A stretch of 64,000 bases of DNA from Escherichia virus TH58: sequence record MT446423.1; one strand, given 5' to 3'. The number at the start of each line of letters is the position of its first letter. The stretch's first letter is position 1. The position numbers and the translations under genes were made by a program. This document shows, piece after piece, positions 53,440 to 63,064 of this stretch. Below the pieces are notes generated by a model. It made no database searches and was not told where the DNA came from. It saw only the letters and a list, made by a program, of their open reading frames with translations.

Positions 53440-54765
53440 ATGCAATTGAATTCTCGTAATCTAAAAAGTATTATTGATAACGAAGCCTTAGCATATGCTA
53501 TGTACACCGTTGAAAACCGTGCAATCCCAAACATGATTGATGGATTTAAGCCGGTTCAACGTTTTGTAGTTCATCGTGCATTAGATTTGGCTCGTGGTAA
53601 TAAAGAAAAATTTCATAAACTTGCGTCAATTGCAGGTGGTGTAGCAGACCTTGGATATCATCATGGTGAAATCTCTGCGCAAGACGCAGGTGCTTTGATG
53701 GCTAATACTTGGAATAATAACTTTCCTCTGTTAGATGGTCAAGGAAACTTTGGTTCTAGAACAGTCCAAAAAGCTGCAGCATCTCGTTATATTTTTGCTC
53801 GTGTAAGTAAAAATTTCTATAACGTATATAAAGATACTGAATATGCTCCAGCTCATGAAGATAAAGAACACGTTCCACCAAAATTCTATCTTCCTATTAT
53901 TCCGACAGTTCTTTTGAATGGTGTCTCCGGTATTGCAACCGGTTATGCAACAAATATTCTGCCTCATAGTTTTAAATCGGTCAAAAAGGCGGTATTACAA
54001 GCTCTTCAAGGTAAAAATGTCACTAAGCCAAAAGTTGAATTCCCAGAATTCCGTGGTGAAGTGCATGAAGTTGATGGGCGTTATGAGATTCACGGAACAT
54101 ACAAGTTCACATCTCGTACTCAAATGCAGATAACTGAAATCCCATATAAATTCGACCGTGAAACGTATGTGAGTAAGGTTCTTGACCCGTTGGAAGACAA
54201 AGGTCTAATCTCATGGGAAGATGATTGTGGTGAACACGGCTTTGGGTTTAAGGTGAAGTTCCGTAAAGAGTACTCGCTTCCTGATGATGAAGAGCTACGT
54301 CATGAAAAAATCATGAAAGATTTTAGTCTCATCGAACGTCGCTCACAAAACATCACAGTGATTAATGAAAAGGGTAAATTAGCGGTCTACGATAACGTAG
54401 TGGACTTAATCAAAGATTTTGTTGAAGTCCGTAAGACTTACGTTCAGAAACGTATTGACAACAAAATCCTTGAATCTGAAAAAGCATTTAAACTGGCTTT
54501 TGCTAAGGCACACTTCATCAAAAAAGTTATCAGTGGCGAAATTGTGATTCAAGGCAAGACCCGTAAAGCTTTGACTGAAGAGCTAGCACAAATCGAAATG
54601 TACAAAGAACATGTCGATAAACTGGTGGGTCTTAACATCTTCCATATCACTTCTGACGAAGCACGTAAACTGGCAGAAGAAGCTAAAGCTAAGAAAGAAG
54701 AAAATGAGTATTGGAAGTCTACTGATGTTGTGACAGAGTACACTAAAGACTTGGAGGCGCTTTGA
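53440..54765 (+). CDS. 52: DNA topoisomerase II medium subunit gp52 (GyrA-like)
   Basis: 441 aa; N-terminal ..TVENRAIPNMIDGFKPVQRFV.. topo IIA DNA-cleavage domain. Confidence 0.9.
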   Translation: MQLNSRNLKSIIDNEALAYAMYTVENRAIPNMIDGFKPVQRFVVHRALDLARGNKEKFHKLASIAGGVADLGYHHGEISAQDAGALMANTWNNNFPLLDGQGNFGSRTVQKAAASRYIFARVSKNFYNVYKDTEYAPAHEDKEHVPPKFYLPIIPTVLLNGVSGIATGYATNILPHSFKSVKKAVLQALQGKNVTKPKVEFPEFRGEVHEVDGRYEIHGTYKFTSRTQMQITEIPYKFDRETYVSKVLDPLEDKGLISWEDDCGEHGFGFKVKFRKEYSLPDDEELRHEKIMKDFSLIERRSQNITVINEKGKLAVYDNVVDLIKDFVEVRKTYVQKRIDNKILESEKAFKLAFAKAHFIKKVISGEIVIQGKTRKALTEELAQIEMYKEHVDKLVGLNIFHITSDEARKLAEEAKAKKEENEYWKSTDVVTEYTKDLEAL

Positions 54766-54841
54766 GTGCCCTAGCCTTAGGATTTCTCGGTGCAATAGCT
54801 GCACTAGTGATTTGGCTGTATTGGTTAGACAAACATGATTA

Positions 54842-54861
54842 GGGAGCTTCGGCTCCCTTTT
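54842..54861 (+). terminator. rho-independent terminator
   Basis: GGGAGC-ttcg-GCTCCC followed by TTTTGTGCATTTTTTT. Confidence 0.8.
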
Positions 54862-54884
54862 GTGCATTTTTTTCTCACAAAACA

Positions 54885-54913
54885 GTTTACATGTGCTTCA
54901 AACATGATATTAT
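54885..54913 (+). promoter_or_regulatory. early promoter for motA (-35 GTTTAC, -10 TATTAT)
   Basis: GTTTAC, 17-nt spacer, TATTAT then AGACCTATCA. Confidence 0.55.
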
Positions 54914-54952
54914 AGACCTATCAAAACAAAACAACCAAATTGGAGAAATAAA

Positions 54953-55585
54953 ATGTCTAAAGTTACTTACATCATCAAAGCTTCTGAAAACGCTCTGAAT
55001 GAAAAAACTGCTGCAATAATGGTTTATATCATTAAGAACAACTTCACCACTGCTGCCAATGTCCGTGAAGCTCTGGAAGCAGAATACAATGCATCAGTTG
55101 TTAACTCTAACATTGGTGTATTGATTAAGAAAGGTTTAGTCGAAAAATCAGGTGATGGACTTGTAGCAACAGGCGAAGCAATGGATATTATCCAAAAAGC
55201 CGCAGACCTCTTTGCCCAAGAAAATGCTCCAGAACTTCTTCAGAAACGTAACACCAGAAAAGCACGTGGAGTTACTCCTGAAATGCATGAATTAGCAAAC
55301 TTTGTTTTTGAAAATATTAAAGATAAAGTTGAAGTTAAAGAAATTGGCGAAAACCGTAGTAACTTAGAAGTTCGATTTGCAAAACGAGTTCTAGGTATTC
55401 GCCAGATCGAAATTCGTCGAGATGGTTCTCTTAGAATCTTTGCGTACAACATGTCAGAAACTGAATCAAAGCTGTTTACTTCTCTTGAAAATGATGTTAA
55501 GATTAAAATCGGTGGTAAATATACTTACATTGACTTCCCTAATGTGTCCAAAGAAATCATTACCCTTGTAACTAACGTACTGTGA
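54953..55585 (+). CDS. motA: middle-transcription activator MotA
   Basis: 210 aa; MSKVTYIIKAS..NSNIGVLIKKGLVEKSGDGL..QENAPELL matches T4 MotA as remembered. Confidence 0.9.
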   Translation: MSKVTYIIKASENALNEKTAAIMVYIIKNNFTTAANVREALEAEYNASVVNSNIGVLIKKGLVEKSGDGLVATGEAMDIIQKAADLFAQENAPELLQKRNTRKARGVTPEMHELANFVFENIKDKVEVKEIGENRSNLEVRFAKRVLGIRQIEIRRDGSLRIFAYNMSETESKLFTSLENDVKIKIGGKYTYIDFPNVSKEIITLVTNVL

Positions 55586-55595
55586 GGAATACATA

Positions 55596-55925
55596 ATGAA
55601 TAAGCTGAATATTATTAACGAACTTCGTAAATGCGCAGAACCTACTCAGGAAGGATGGGATATTTGGTACCACGGAGCTTATCTTGGAACTATTGTAAAG
55701 ATTAAGACTGGTAAATACATGATTATTCGTGAATGTAAAGATGCTCCAGTAGGTATTCGCAATAATTTCATGGCAGCGATAAGTTCCTTTACAGATTCAG
55801 CTTACGAAATTTACCTTGCTGATTATAAAGAATTCCAGGAATCTCAACCAGTTATTCGCTCAATTGGTGTTAACAAAGCTCAACAGAAAACTTTGTGGCA
55901 ACGTATTAAAGGATGGTTTAAATGA
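55596..55925 (+). CDS. hypothetical protein (109 aa)
   Basis: Track ORF with GAGGAA SD. Confidence 0.5.
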   Translation: MNKLNIINELRKCAEPTQEGWDIWYHGAYLGTIVKIKTGKYMIIRECKDAPVGIRNNFMAAISSFTDSAYEIYLADYKEFQESQPVIRSIGVNKAQQKTLWQRIKGWFK

Positions 55926-56215
55926 ATATAAAGACAATCGAAGAGCAGTATAAAGATTACTCTAAGTTGGTTCATTCAGTAAAAACAATCAGCATTATTA
56001 ATCTTCAGGTTAATAATTTAACTCTTAATTTTGGTAATGAACTGGCTAAATATTGTTGTATTATTAATACAAATCTAACACCAGTTGATATGTATGGTTC
56101 ACGCCAAACTGCTGATATCAAGATTTCAGGTGAATCACTGAATGATGTATTAGATACCGCCGCCAAGATTCGAGCTTTCTGTGCAGTTAACAATTATGAG
56201 GCCTTAATCAAATGA
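55922..56215 (+). CDS. hypothetical protein (97 aa)
   Basis: Track ORF, ATGA overlap. Confidence 0.5.
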   Translation: MNIKTIEEQYKDYSKLVHSVKTISIINLQVNNLTLNFGNELAKYCCIINTNLTPVDMYGSRQTADIKISGESLNDVLDTAAKIRAFCAVNNYEALIK

Positions 56216-56673
56216 AAACTTTTAAAGAGCGCCTTGAACTTTTAGACCAGGCTTTATCGCGTGAGACTCCTGAAAGCCTAGCAGCTAAATTACAGTCCTA
56301 TGGTTATAATTATTCTGCTGATGATGTAATGAATGAAGTTCCTGAAATCTGTTGGCAAACGTGCTATTGGAATAATGACCAAAAAGTTCAACGTGTTATA
56401 GTATGTGCAGCTAATAGGTTTAAATTGAAGAGTGGTGGAACTCTGGTTATTCCTGGAGTTCGTCATTACTCTAAAGATATGGCTGAAGTACTTGATATAG
56501 TTGGTCCTCAATTAGTCTCGCAACAAGTTTGTGGTGACGACCAAGGCTTTATCGATCAATACTCTAATTACTGGACTCGTGAAGAAGCAATGATTATTGC
56601 AACGTATGCTGGACAGGTACGTATTGAACGTGGCGGAAGTGAGAAAGAACTTTATTCAGAGGACCTTTATTAA
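56212..56673 (+). CDS. hypothetical protein (153 aa)
   Basis: Track ORF, ATGA overlap; no motif recognised. Confidence 0.5.
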   Translation: MKTFKERLELLDQALSRETPESLAAKLQSYGYNYSADDVMNEVPEICWQTCYWNNDQKVQRVIVCAANRFKLKSGGTLVIPGVRHYSKDMAEVLDIVGPQLVSQQVCGDDQGFIDQYSNYWTREEAMIIATYAGQVRIERGGSEKELYSEDLY

Positions 56674-56954
56674 TGAATATTAAACAACTGCAGAAAGATG
56701 CTATTGAATCACGTATCCAAGATATCAAACGTCTTAATCATATGATGGAAGAAAACTATGGTATGTATGCTAATCAGCCTGGTTGGGATGCTTTAGACCA
56801 TCCTTATTTGGTTAATTTATGTAAAGGTGATACGTTAGCAATTATTCGTGATGGGTTAAAACCTTTCTTGCGTGACATGTATATTAAAATGAACGAAGAA
56901 ATTATTAGCTCGTTGCAATATCAATTAAGGAAATTAGATGATGAGAATAATTGA
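56673..56954 (+). CDS. hypothetical protein (93 aa)
   Basis: Track ORF, TAATG overlap. Confidence 0.5.
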   Translation: MNIKQLQKDAIESRIQDIKRLNHMMEENYGMYANQPGWDALDHPYLVNLCKGDTLAIIRDGLKPFLRDMYIKMNEEIISSLQYQLRKLDDENN

Positions 56955-57156
56955 TTCTAAAGCAGATTATTTTAATTCTGTTAATGATAAGAATAAAGCT
57001 TTAATTCGTCACTTTATTACTGAGATGGGATATACCGACTCTAAAGATTTGAAAGAGCACATTGTCGAATGTTCTGTGGCTAAAAAGTTTTCTTTCACAG
57101 ACAAATGTTTAAACGAGGTTATAAATCATTATGAACAATCTTGTAGCAAAACATGA
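56938..57156 (+). CDS. hypothetical protein (72 aa)
   Basis: Track ORF overlapping upstream gene end. Confidence 0.4.
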   Translation: MMRIIDSKADYFNSVNDKNKALIRHFITEMGYTDSKDLKEHIVECSVAKKFSFTDKCLNEVINHYEQSCSKT

Positions 57157-57239
57157 TTTCAATAAGGCTTCCGTCCATAAGGACAAGAAGAAATCAGAAC
57201 TTCAATCTAAACGTAAACAAAAACATAAGGGTAAAGACT

Positions 57240-57539
57240 ATGCTTACTAAAATCAAAGAAAATCCTGCCACTGAACTTGTTATTCGATGTGAAGAACTTG
57301 CAGAGCTTTATCAGGTTAACCGAGAAGTGTATCGTAGTGTTGTTGCAGATATGGCAGACGAAGTATGTTCTCGTATTCCTTTTAGTGTCGATTTCAATCA
57401 CATGAAGCCTGGTGAAATCACTATCGTCTTTGGTTCTGACTATACTGAAGAACGGGCTCTTAATGCCCTAGAATATGAAATGTCATTCTTTGACATACAG
57501 GACTATATTGATAGTTATAAGGAACGATATGAGTCATAA
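57240..57539 (+). CDS. hypothetical acidic protein (99 aa), at the T4 arn region
   Basis: Internal ATG of track ORF 57153-57539 preceded by AAGGG; acidic composition; Arn identity not verifiable by eye. Confidence 0.4.
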   Translation: MLTKIKENPATELVIRCEELAELYQVNREVYRSVVADMADEVCSRIPFSVDFNHMKPGEITIVFGSDYTEERALNALEYEMSFFDIQDYIDSYKERYES

Positions 57540-57693
57540 TCTTCAGAACGTAGTAGAGGCCGAACGTGAGCGTGAGGCTTTAGTCTATAATGAACTATTA
57601 GTTCCGTTCTTGGCCTTACACTCGTACGAACAAGAAGACTACATTGATTACGTTAAAAGCGTAGAAAAAGCCGTTTACAATCAACACCGATAA
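57529..57693 (+). CDS. small hypothetical protein (54 aa)
   Basis: Internal ATG of track ORF 57475-57693 overlapping upstream stop. Confidence 0.3.
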   Translation: MSHNLQNVVEAEREREALVYNELLVPFLALHSYEQEDYIDYVKSVEKAVYNQHR

Positions 57694-57736
57694 TGGTACT
57701 ATATCCATATCAACTAAGTGGAATGAATAAAACGTT

Positions 57737-58009
57737 ATGAATAAAGATATTGAAATCGTGCGTGAAATTATTACTATTGCTTCTATTTTGATTAAATTCT
57801 CTAGGGAAGATATTGTTGAAGACCGAGCAAGTTTCATCGGATTCTTGAATGAGATTGGAATTAAAAAAGATGGTCGGCAGCTAAATCAGAATTCGTTCAG
57901 AAAACTAATTACAAATTTAACTGCCGAAGAAAAGAAAACACTGATTAGTGAATTCAATGAAGGTTTTGAAAATATTTATCGTCATTTAGCGATGTATTCT
58001 AACAACTAA
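57737..58009 (+). CDS. asiA: anti-sigma70 factor AsiA
   Basis: 90 aa; ..VREIITIASILIKFSREDIVE.RA.FI.FLNEIG..NQNSFRK..EFNEGFE.IYR matches T4 AsiA as remembered. Confidence 0.92.
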   Translation: MNKDIEIVREIITIASILIKFSREDIVEDRASFIGFLNEIGIKKDGRQLNQNSFRKLITNLTAEEKKTLISEFNEGFENIYRHLAMYSNN

Positions 58010-58669
58010 TTATTTAGCCCTTCCTAGTATTCGGACCGCTTGGTTGCATATAGCCGCTAAGCGATCCTCCTCAAGTATATTACTCCCCTTATACCAATAC
58101 ATCGTCACAGTTCCAGCATAGATGTTATCCAAATTAAAGTATGGGCAACTATACATATAAGAAAGTTCGGCAGTCTTAGATTTTGTAGGCAAAAATGCAA
58201 ATTCTGATTTAGATGAGAAATGACGGCCACTTAAATGAATTATATATTCATTAGCCGTTTTATCCACCGGGAATCCGCCAAGGGACTTTTCAGAAATTGT
58301 GCTAGGTAGTTTGCCTTCATAAGCTATAAGGTCGACGAAATAATTTAAGTTTTTAGGTCTGAAAGAATACACAGCACTAAAATCTGCACCAGATGAGATA
58401 TGAACTATTTGCAGTTGTTCTAGAGCCGCAGATTCAAAACGTAAAGCTCGTTCTTTTTGGATTACTTCAGTATAAGTATCATACTTAGCTCTTACATAAT
58501 AATCCAGCAAAATACTTCCTTTGTACCATATTAGTGCCATTAGGAACAAAAGAATAATTACCGCTACTCGGGATATTAAGACTTTCCCAGTAGCGTTATC
58601 TTTGAAAATACGATCTAGCAACCCAAATAGAATATCACTAGGCGAAAATGATACTTTTGGTGTTGCCAT
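58010..58669 (-). CDS. t: holin T (lysis inhibition holin)
   Basis: 219 aa; single N-terminal TM segment plus large periplasmic domain; matches T4 T as remembered; GAGGAGG SD. Confidence 0.92.
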   Translation of the reverse strand: MATPKVSFSPSDILFGLLDRIFKDNATGKVLISRVAVIILLFLMALIWYKGSILLDYYVRAKYDTYTEVIQKERALRFESAALEQLQIVHISSGADFSAVYSFRPKNLNYFVDLIAYEGKLPSTISEKSLGGFPVDKTANEYIIHLSGRHFSSKSEFAFLPTKSKTAELSYMYSCPYFNLDNIYAGTVTMYWYKGSNILEEDRLAAICNQAVRILGRAK

Positions 58670-58678
58670 AATACCTCC

Positions 58679-59230
58679 TCACTTAAAGATATTTATAATC
58701 GCTTTAATAATAGATTTGTTTTCAAGGTCAGGGAATTTAGGGAACTCGCCGCCAAGATGCTTGTGTTTTTCTAAAAGGGCAAAGAATTTTTTGAGCTCTT
58801 TAAATTTTTGTTTTTCTTCTCTATTAGCAACCTCAGCATCAATAAGAGAACTTAAAACACTGAATAATTTATAGAGTTCACGAATTTTCTTATCGCGTTG
58901 AACTGTGCGCTTATACACTTCATCTTCCTTCCATCCGTTGCCTGTCCAAAGGTCAAATTCACCCGGTTCTTCTGTGGTGACATTTTGAAGAGGGCCCAGA
59001 GTGTCAATAACAATTTTTTGCTTATCATAAGTCCATACTGTTTTTCCACGATGGTCTTCGATGTATTCCCAGTCCTTTTCACGTTCATTAAAAATAACAG
59101 CGTATCCATCTTTAGGTTCTAAAGGTGGTATTTCCGAGGAGTGTGCCGGTAATCCTAATCCCGGGATTACCGTATGGTCGGTTTCTTTATAAAATTCAAA
59201 TGTGTCATAATAATAGTGATAAATTTTCAT
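58679..59230 (-). CDS. 38: long tail fibre assembly/adhesin protein gp38
   Basis: 183 aa; MKIYHYYYDTFEFYKE..GLGLPAHS..EPGEFD.WT..GWKEDE..FFALLEKH.HLGGEFP matches T4 gp38 as remembered. Confidence 0.9.
   Translation of the reverse strand: MKIYHYYYDTFEFYKETDHTVIPGLGLPAHSSEIPPLEPKDGYAVIFNEREKDWEYIEDHRGKTVWTYDKQKIVIDTLGPLQNVTTEEPGEFDLWTGNGWKEDEVYKRTVQRDKKIRELYKLFSVLSSLIDAEVANREEKQKFKELKKFFALLEKHKHLGGEFPKFPDLENKSIIKAIINIFK
58690..58697 (-). promoter_or_regulatory. late promoter TATAAATA for holin t
   Basis: TATAAATA on - strand about 20 nt upstream of t ATG, inside the 3' end of gene 38. Confidence 0.5.
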
Positions 59231-59256
59231 AATTAAAGGGGCTAACGCCCCTCTCC
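59231..59256 (-). promoter_or_regulatory. hairpin-interrupted ribosome binding site of gene 38
   Basis: mRNA reads UAA-GGAGA-GGGGC-guua-GCCCC-UUUAAUU-AUG: SD about 22 nt from AUG with an intervening 5-bp stem-loop. Confidence 0.55.
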
Positions 59257-62200
59257 TTAGGCTAAGCGAACGATATAGTTAAAAGCAATGTTTTTAACAG
59301 TGTTTTCGGTGTTACCGGTGCTGTTAACAGTAATTGTATGGCCATGAGCAGCAATAGAAAACGTGTGAGTATGTGAACCTATAGCCACTGTATGGTTATG
59401 TGTACCGATATCAGTATAGTGACTATGTTCTGGAGCGACTGATGTAGTACCTGACCACGTGTGTGAGTGTAGACCATCCTCGTTAGTCCATGTCGTTGCT
59501 GTCTGACCGGAACTGGATGCTGCAAATCTACCGGACTGAACGTTAGCGTTGTTACCAAGTGAAGCAGTGTGTGCGTGCCTACCGTCAGTACTCGTTGTAC
59601 CGGATACTGTATGAGTATGTGCACCAGCGGTGTTAGTATGTTTACGGCCTAGATCTGTTGTACTAACAGTTTTAGTCCCTAAATCAGTAGCGCTTGTAGT
59701 ACCAGACAAAGCAGTAGTGGATGCAGAAGCAATATGGGTATGGGACTTAATACCATCAGCTTCAGCACTCAACACTGCGCGACCGCTCGGTTTACCCTTA
59801 ATAGTCTGCCCTCGCATATCAGGAATTACGCCACTAGGATACGCAACAGCTAGCTTTGGATATGCAGACTTATCAAAGGTCTGGCCTTCCATTAAAGCAA
59901 ATCCGGCTGGAACTGAATCACTCGGCCATGGAATCGGAGCACCGACCGGATAAGGTATCTGGGCATCAGAATACATCATATACACTTGTCCGAGTATATG
60001 GCCTGCAGGTAATTCTTCTACTGGTGTTTGGGCGCCGCTGTTAATCCCAACAACTGACACGGTGGAGTTGGCTGAGCACTCATATTCAACCACCAACGAG
60101 TTTGCATAGGCCCCAACATATACATAAACATCATACACATCACCGGAGGTATTCATGGTAGCAATATTAGTGAAACCCTTATCGGTACGAGACCATAAAG
60201 TAGCGTTAATGGCTTTAGGATTATTATTGCCTGTACGAAGAACAATTTCTGTAATAGTAGCTTGTTCCGGAGAATTGGCATTAAATCCACTACCACCCAT
60301 TACTTTAAAGCTTGCAGTCCCTACAGATTGTGGAATATTTACTGTAGCAAATTTATACCATCCAGCGCTTGCGCCTGCGGCACTCCAACCACCCGTATTA
60401 ACCTTACGGTCTAAAGTGGTGTTCAAGTTAGAAAAGTTACCAGTACCGCCAGTAATATTACCATCAGTTCCTAATTTAGTATTTCCTATTTTAAGAGGCT
60501 TAGTAATATCGACAGTATCAGAGTTTAATGCAATACCATGGGCGTAGGTGTAATTATGCATACGAACAATGTTTCCACCATCACCAATACCTACATACCA
60601 TTTTGTAACATCTGCTTTGCGTCCTTGGATGAAGTTAGAAGACTCTTGTGTTGGAGCATTTATTCTAATAGCATCGGCGGCAGTATTAACTGTTATACGC
60701 TGAGATGCTGTAGTACCTGATGTATCTACTTTAAACTTGCCCGCACCAATATCAACAACGTGATTCATAGAAACTGCGCCGGTGCCTAACTCAATACTAA
60801 ACGGGCGAAGGTTGTTTATTTCACCATTTTCCCCTTCATTTTCGTTAGTTGGGATAATATGTAATGATGTTTCTGAGCGTCGGAAAATGGCACCATAACG
60901 AGAGTTCCAAATTCTTAATGCATTGATGATGCCACCGATTTTAACTGGTCCATTTGCAGTTAAATTGTTGGTAAGTAAATTACCAAATGTCACAGTTTGA
61001 CCTTCACCGACGCCAAGGTTATTACGGGCAGCAGCTACAGAAGTCGCTCCAGTACCACCTAAATTAATCGGTTGAACACCAGATACAACTTCCTGCCATG
61101 CAGTCCACGATCCGCCTTGTCCGTAGCGAACATATACGCCTAAAGCATTACCGCTCTTTGTAGTAAAGGTCTGCTTACATGACCAGTCGCTATCGGAAAC
61201 TTTACGCAAAGACAGAACTTCGAGAACAAAGTTTCCATCAGAGGTAGGTTTGTTCAATATATTAGAACCACCACCAGAAGATGTACATTTATACAGCTTA
61301 CGAGTACCTAAATCTGAACGTCTAATAATCAGGCTATTAAGGTCAATAGTCTGGTCAGTAATATCAACTGCTTCTTCAACACCACGGTAAGTTTGCTTAA
61401 AAACTAAATCACCTTCTACTTCAAGACCGTTAGGTTTAATTAGAATATACTTACTAGGAGATGGAGTAACAACTGTAGGTTGATAACCAAATTGCACGTG
61501 TCCTTCAGGAGTAATTTTAAGCATTGCTACACCAGCGCCATCTCCAATTTTACGAGCAAGAGTTAATCTGCTATACTTATCAGATTCCTCTGAACCTAAA
61601 TCAACAAACGTTCCGTTGGTGTTTTCGACTTTTAAGTTAGCGTTAATAGTCAAGTTACCGGTCATGGTATCGCCGGTTTTACTTACTTTCTTATTATCAC
61701 CAGCAACAATGTCATTTTTAATAGAAGTCAAATAGTTGTTAAGGTTACCACCAAACAATGAACCTGACGTAATGTTACCGTCTTTGGTTAGCATCGCAGC
61801 CCCGCCGATTTTAACTGCTACAGGAACCTCAAATTGGCCATCAGAGCGGAAACTGTACTCGCCGGCAGAAACACCACCTGTGGTTTTTGCCCGAATACGT
61901 ACAGTGCCTAGGTCTGAGGTGTTTGGAGTAGCCCAAATCACACCACGTTCTATACCATTGTTATTTTCAAACCAAACATGTGTATTCGCATCGACATCTG
62001 GAGCACGAGCATAATAAGAACCAGACCGAGCATAATAAGTTGTTGCAATTATAGCGGCTCCAGAATTAATACCGCCCGTGGTATTAATACCAGCTAGAGT
62101 CTGAACATACGCACCATTTAATGTTAATTTACCGTTGATAGTCACATCACCATCGACTTGCCCACCTTTAGCGAAGCCAAGGTCGATAATTTGACCTGCA

Positions 62201-62328
62201 TCATCTTTAGTAAAAATTGTTCTATCTTTTAAGTTTATAGCCAATTCACCTTCGGCTAATACTGAAGCAGCAGGACGTGCACCTGCGGTTTTGCTTCTTT
62301 TAAATTGTATTTGTTTTAAAGTAGCCAT
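59257..62328 (-). CDS. 37: long tail fibre distal subunit gp37 (receptor-binding)
   Basis: 1023 aa; C-terminal HxH repeat region (HTHTVSG, HAHTAS, HSHTWSG, HNHTV, HTHTFS, HGHTI) and terminal NYIVRLA. Confidence 0.92.
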   Translation of the reverse strand: MATLKQIQFKRSKTAGARPAASVLAEGELAINLKDRTIFTKDDAGQIIDLGFAKGGQVDGDVTINGKLTLNGAYVQTLAGINTTGGINSGAAIIATTYYARSGSYYARAPDVDANTHVWFENNNGIERGVIWATPNTSDLGTVRIRAKTTGGVSAGEYSFRSDGQFEVPVAVKIGGAAMLTKDGNITSGSLFGGNLNNYLTSIKNDIVAGDNKKVSKTGDTMTGNLTINANLKVENTNGTFVDLGSEESDKYSRLTLARKIGDGAGVAMLKITPEGHVQFGYQPTVVTPSPSKYILIKPNGLEVEGDLVFKQTYRGVEEAVDITDQTIDLNSLIIRRSDLGTRKLYKCTSSGGGSNILNKPTSDGNFVLEVLSLRKVSDSDWSCKQTFTTKSGNALGVYVRYGQGGSWTAWQEVVSGVQPINLGGTGATSVAAARNNLGVGEGQTVTFGNLLTNNLTANGPVKIGGIINALRIWNSRYGAIFRRSETSLHIIPTNENEGENGEINNLRPFSIELGTGAVSMNHVVDIGAGKFKVDTSGTTASQRITVNTAADAIRINAPTQESSNFIQGRKADVTKWYVGIGDGGNIVRMHNYTYAHGIALNSDTVDITKPLKIGNTKLGTDGNITGGTGNFSNLNTTLDRKVNTGGWSAAGASAGWYKFATVNIPQSVGTASFKVMGGSGFNANSPEQATITEIVLRTGNNNPKAINATLWSRTDKGFTNIATMNTSGDVYDVYVYVGAYANSLVVEYECSANSTVSVVGINSGAQTPVEELPAGHILGQVYMMYSDAQIPYPVGAPIPWPSDSVPAGFALMEGQTFDKSAYPKLAVAYPSGVIPDMRGQTIKGKPSGRAVLSAEADGIKSHTHIASASTTALSGTTSATDLGTKTVSTTDLGRKHTNTAGAHTHTVSGTTSTDGRHAHTASLGNNANVQSGRFAASSSGQTATTWTNEDGLHSHTWSGTTSVAPEHSHYTDIGTHNHTVAIGSHTHTFSIAAHGHTITVNSTGNTENTVKNIAFNYIVRLA

Positions 62329-62336
62329 AAGTCCTC

Positions 62337-63002
62337 TTAATAATAGCCGAAATCTTGAACAGAATCCTTAATTACGATTTGGTCAAATCGTGGAACATGC
62401 GAAGGTTGAGATGCAGGATTCTGTGAGAAAAAGTTTGGCGCTGTTAAGTTACCTGTCATGGTATCACCTGACCGTAGCACCCTGGAATTTGCGTTATCTG
62501 TAACAATATTTATTCGTCCATCAACGTAATCTTTTCTTGTGAGATCATTCGCTGCTATAGGAGCAGTCGCATCACTTCTTACTTGACCAGCTGCCGACAC
62601 AACACCTTTTGTATTAATATCACCATTACGTGCATTAATTACAACAGTTCGGGCTGCTGAACCCTGTGATGATTTAAAACCAATGCCATTCCACGAAACA
62701 ATATCGATATTTGCTACAGCAAAAGTAGCATTATCACCGTTACCTGGATAAATACCACATGGGTTTGTATTGTTTACAGCATATGGTACTTGAACACCAG
62801 CATTAAATGTTACCTTTGATGCATAAGTACCGCCATTAGCTTTAGAAACGAAATCGTTATCAGCAGCTTGTGGTTTATTATATTCTGAATAAAGTTTAAA
62901 CGTTTTATACAGGACGTCATCACCTGCCGGCATTAAAGGGAAATTACCTTGATGCCATATAACGGCACCACCAGCTGTACTACCAGCTTTTAAATCGGCC
63001 AT
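62337..63002 (-). CDS. 36: long tail fibre distal connector gp36
   Basis: 221 aa directly upstream of gene 37; AAGGAGA SD. Confidence 0.88.
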   Translation of the reverse strand: MADLKAGSTAGGAVIWHQGNFPLMPAGDDVLYKTFKLYSEYNKPQAADNDFVSKANGGTYASKVTFNAGVQVPYAVNNTNPCGIYPGNGDNATFAVANIDIVSWNGIGFKSSQGSAARTVVINARNGDINTKGVVSAAGQVRSDATAPIAANDLTRKDYVDGRINIVTDNANSRVLRSGDTMTGNLTAPNFFSQNPASQPSHVPRFDQIVIKDSVQDFGYY

Positions 63003-63026
63003 AGTTGTCTCCTTATATGTATACCA

Positions 63027-63034
63027 TATTTATA
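63027..63034 (-). promoter_or_regulatory. late promoter TATAAATA for genes 36-37-38
   Basis: TATAAATA on - strand about 25 nt upstream of gene 36 ATG, immediately after the gene 35 terminator. Confidence 0.55.
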
Positions 63035-63035
63035 C

Positions 63036-63059
63036 AAAAATGGGAGACCGAAGTCTCCC
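63036..63059 (-). terminator. rho-independent terminator after gene 35
   Basis: On - strand GGGAGAC-uucg-GUCUCCC followed by AUUUUUG. Confidence 0.7.
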
Positions 63060-63064
63060 TAAAT

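Noticed and set aside
54766-54884. Apparent small ORFs between gene 52 and motA
   Set aside because: GTG-CCC-TAG stops immediately; the other frame runs through the terminator hairpin and promoter; non-coding regulatory DNA
59379-60720. Several + strand ORFs (59630-59953, 60155-60547 and others) inside gene 37
   Set aside because: Antisense to the tail-fibre gene; Pro/Leu/Val-rich translations arise from the Gly/Thr/Asn codon bias of gene 37
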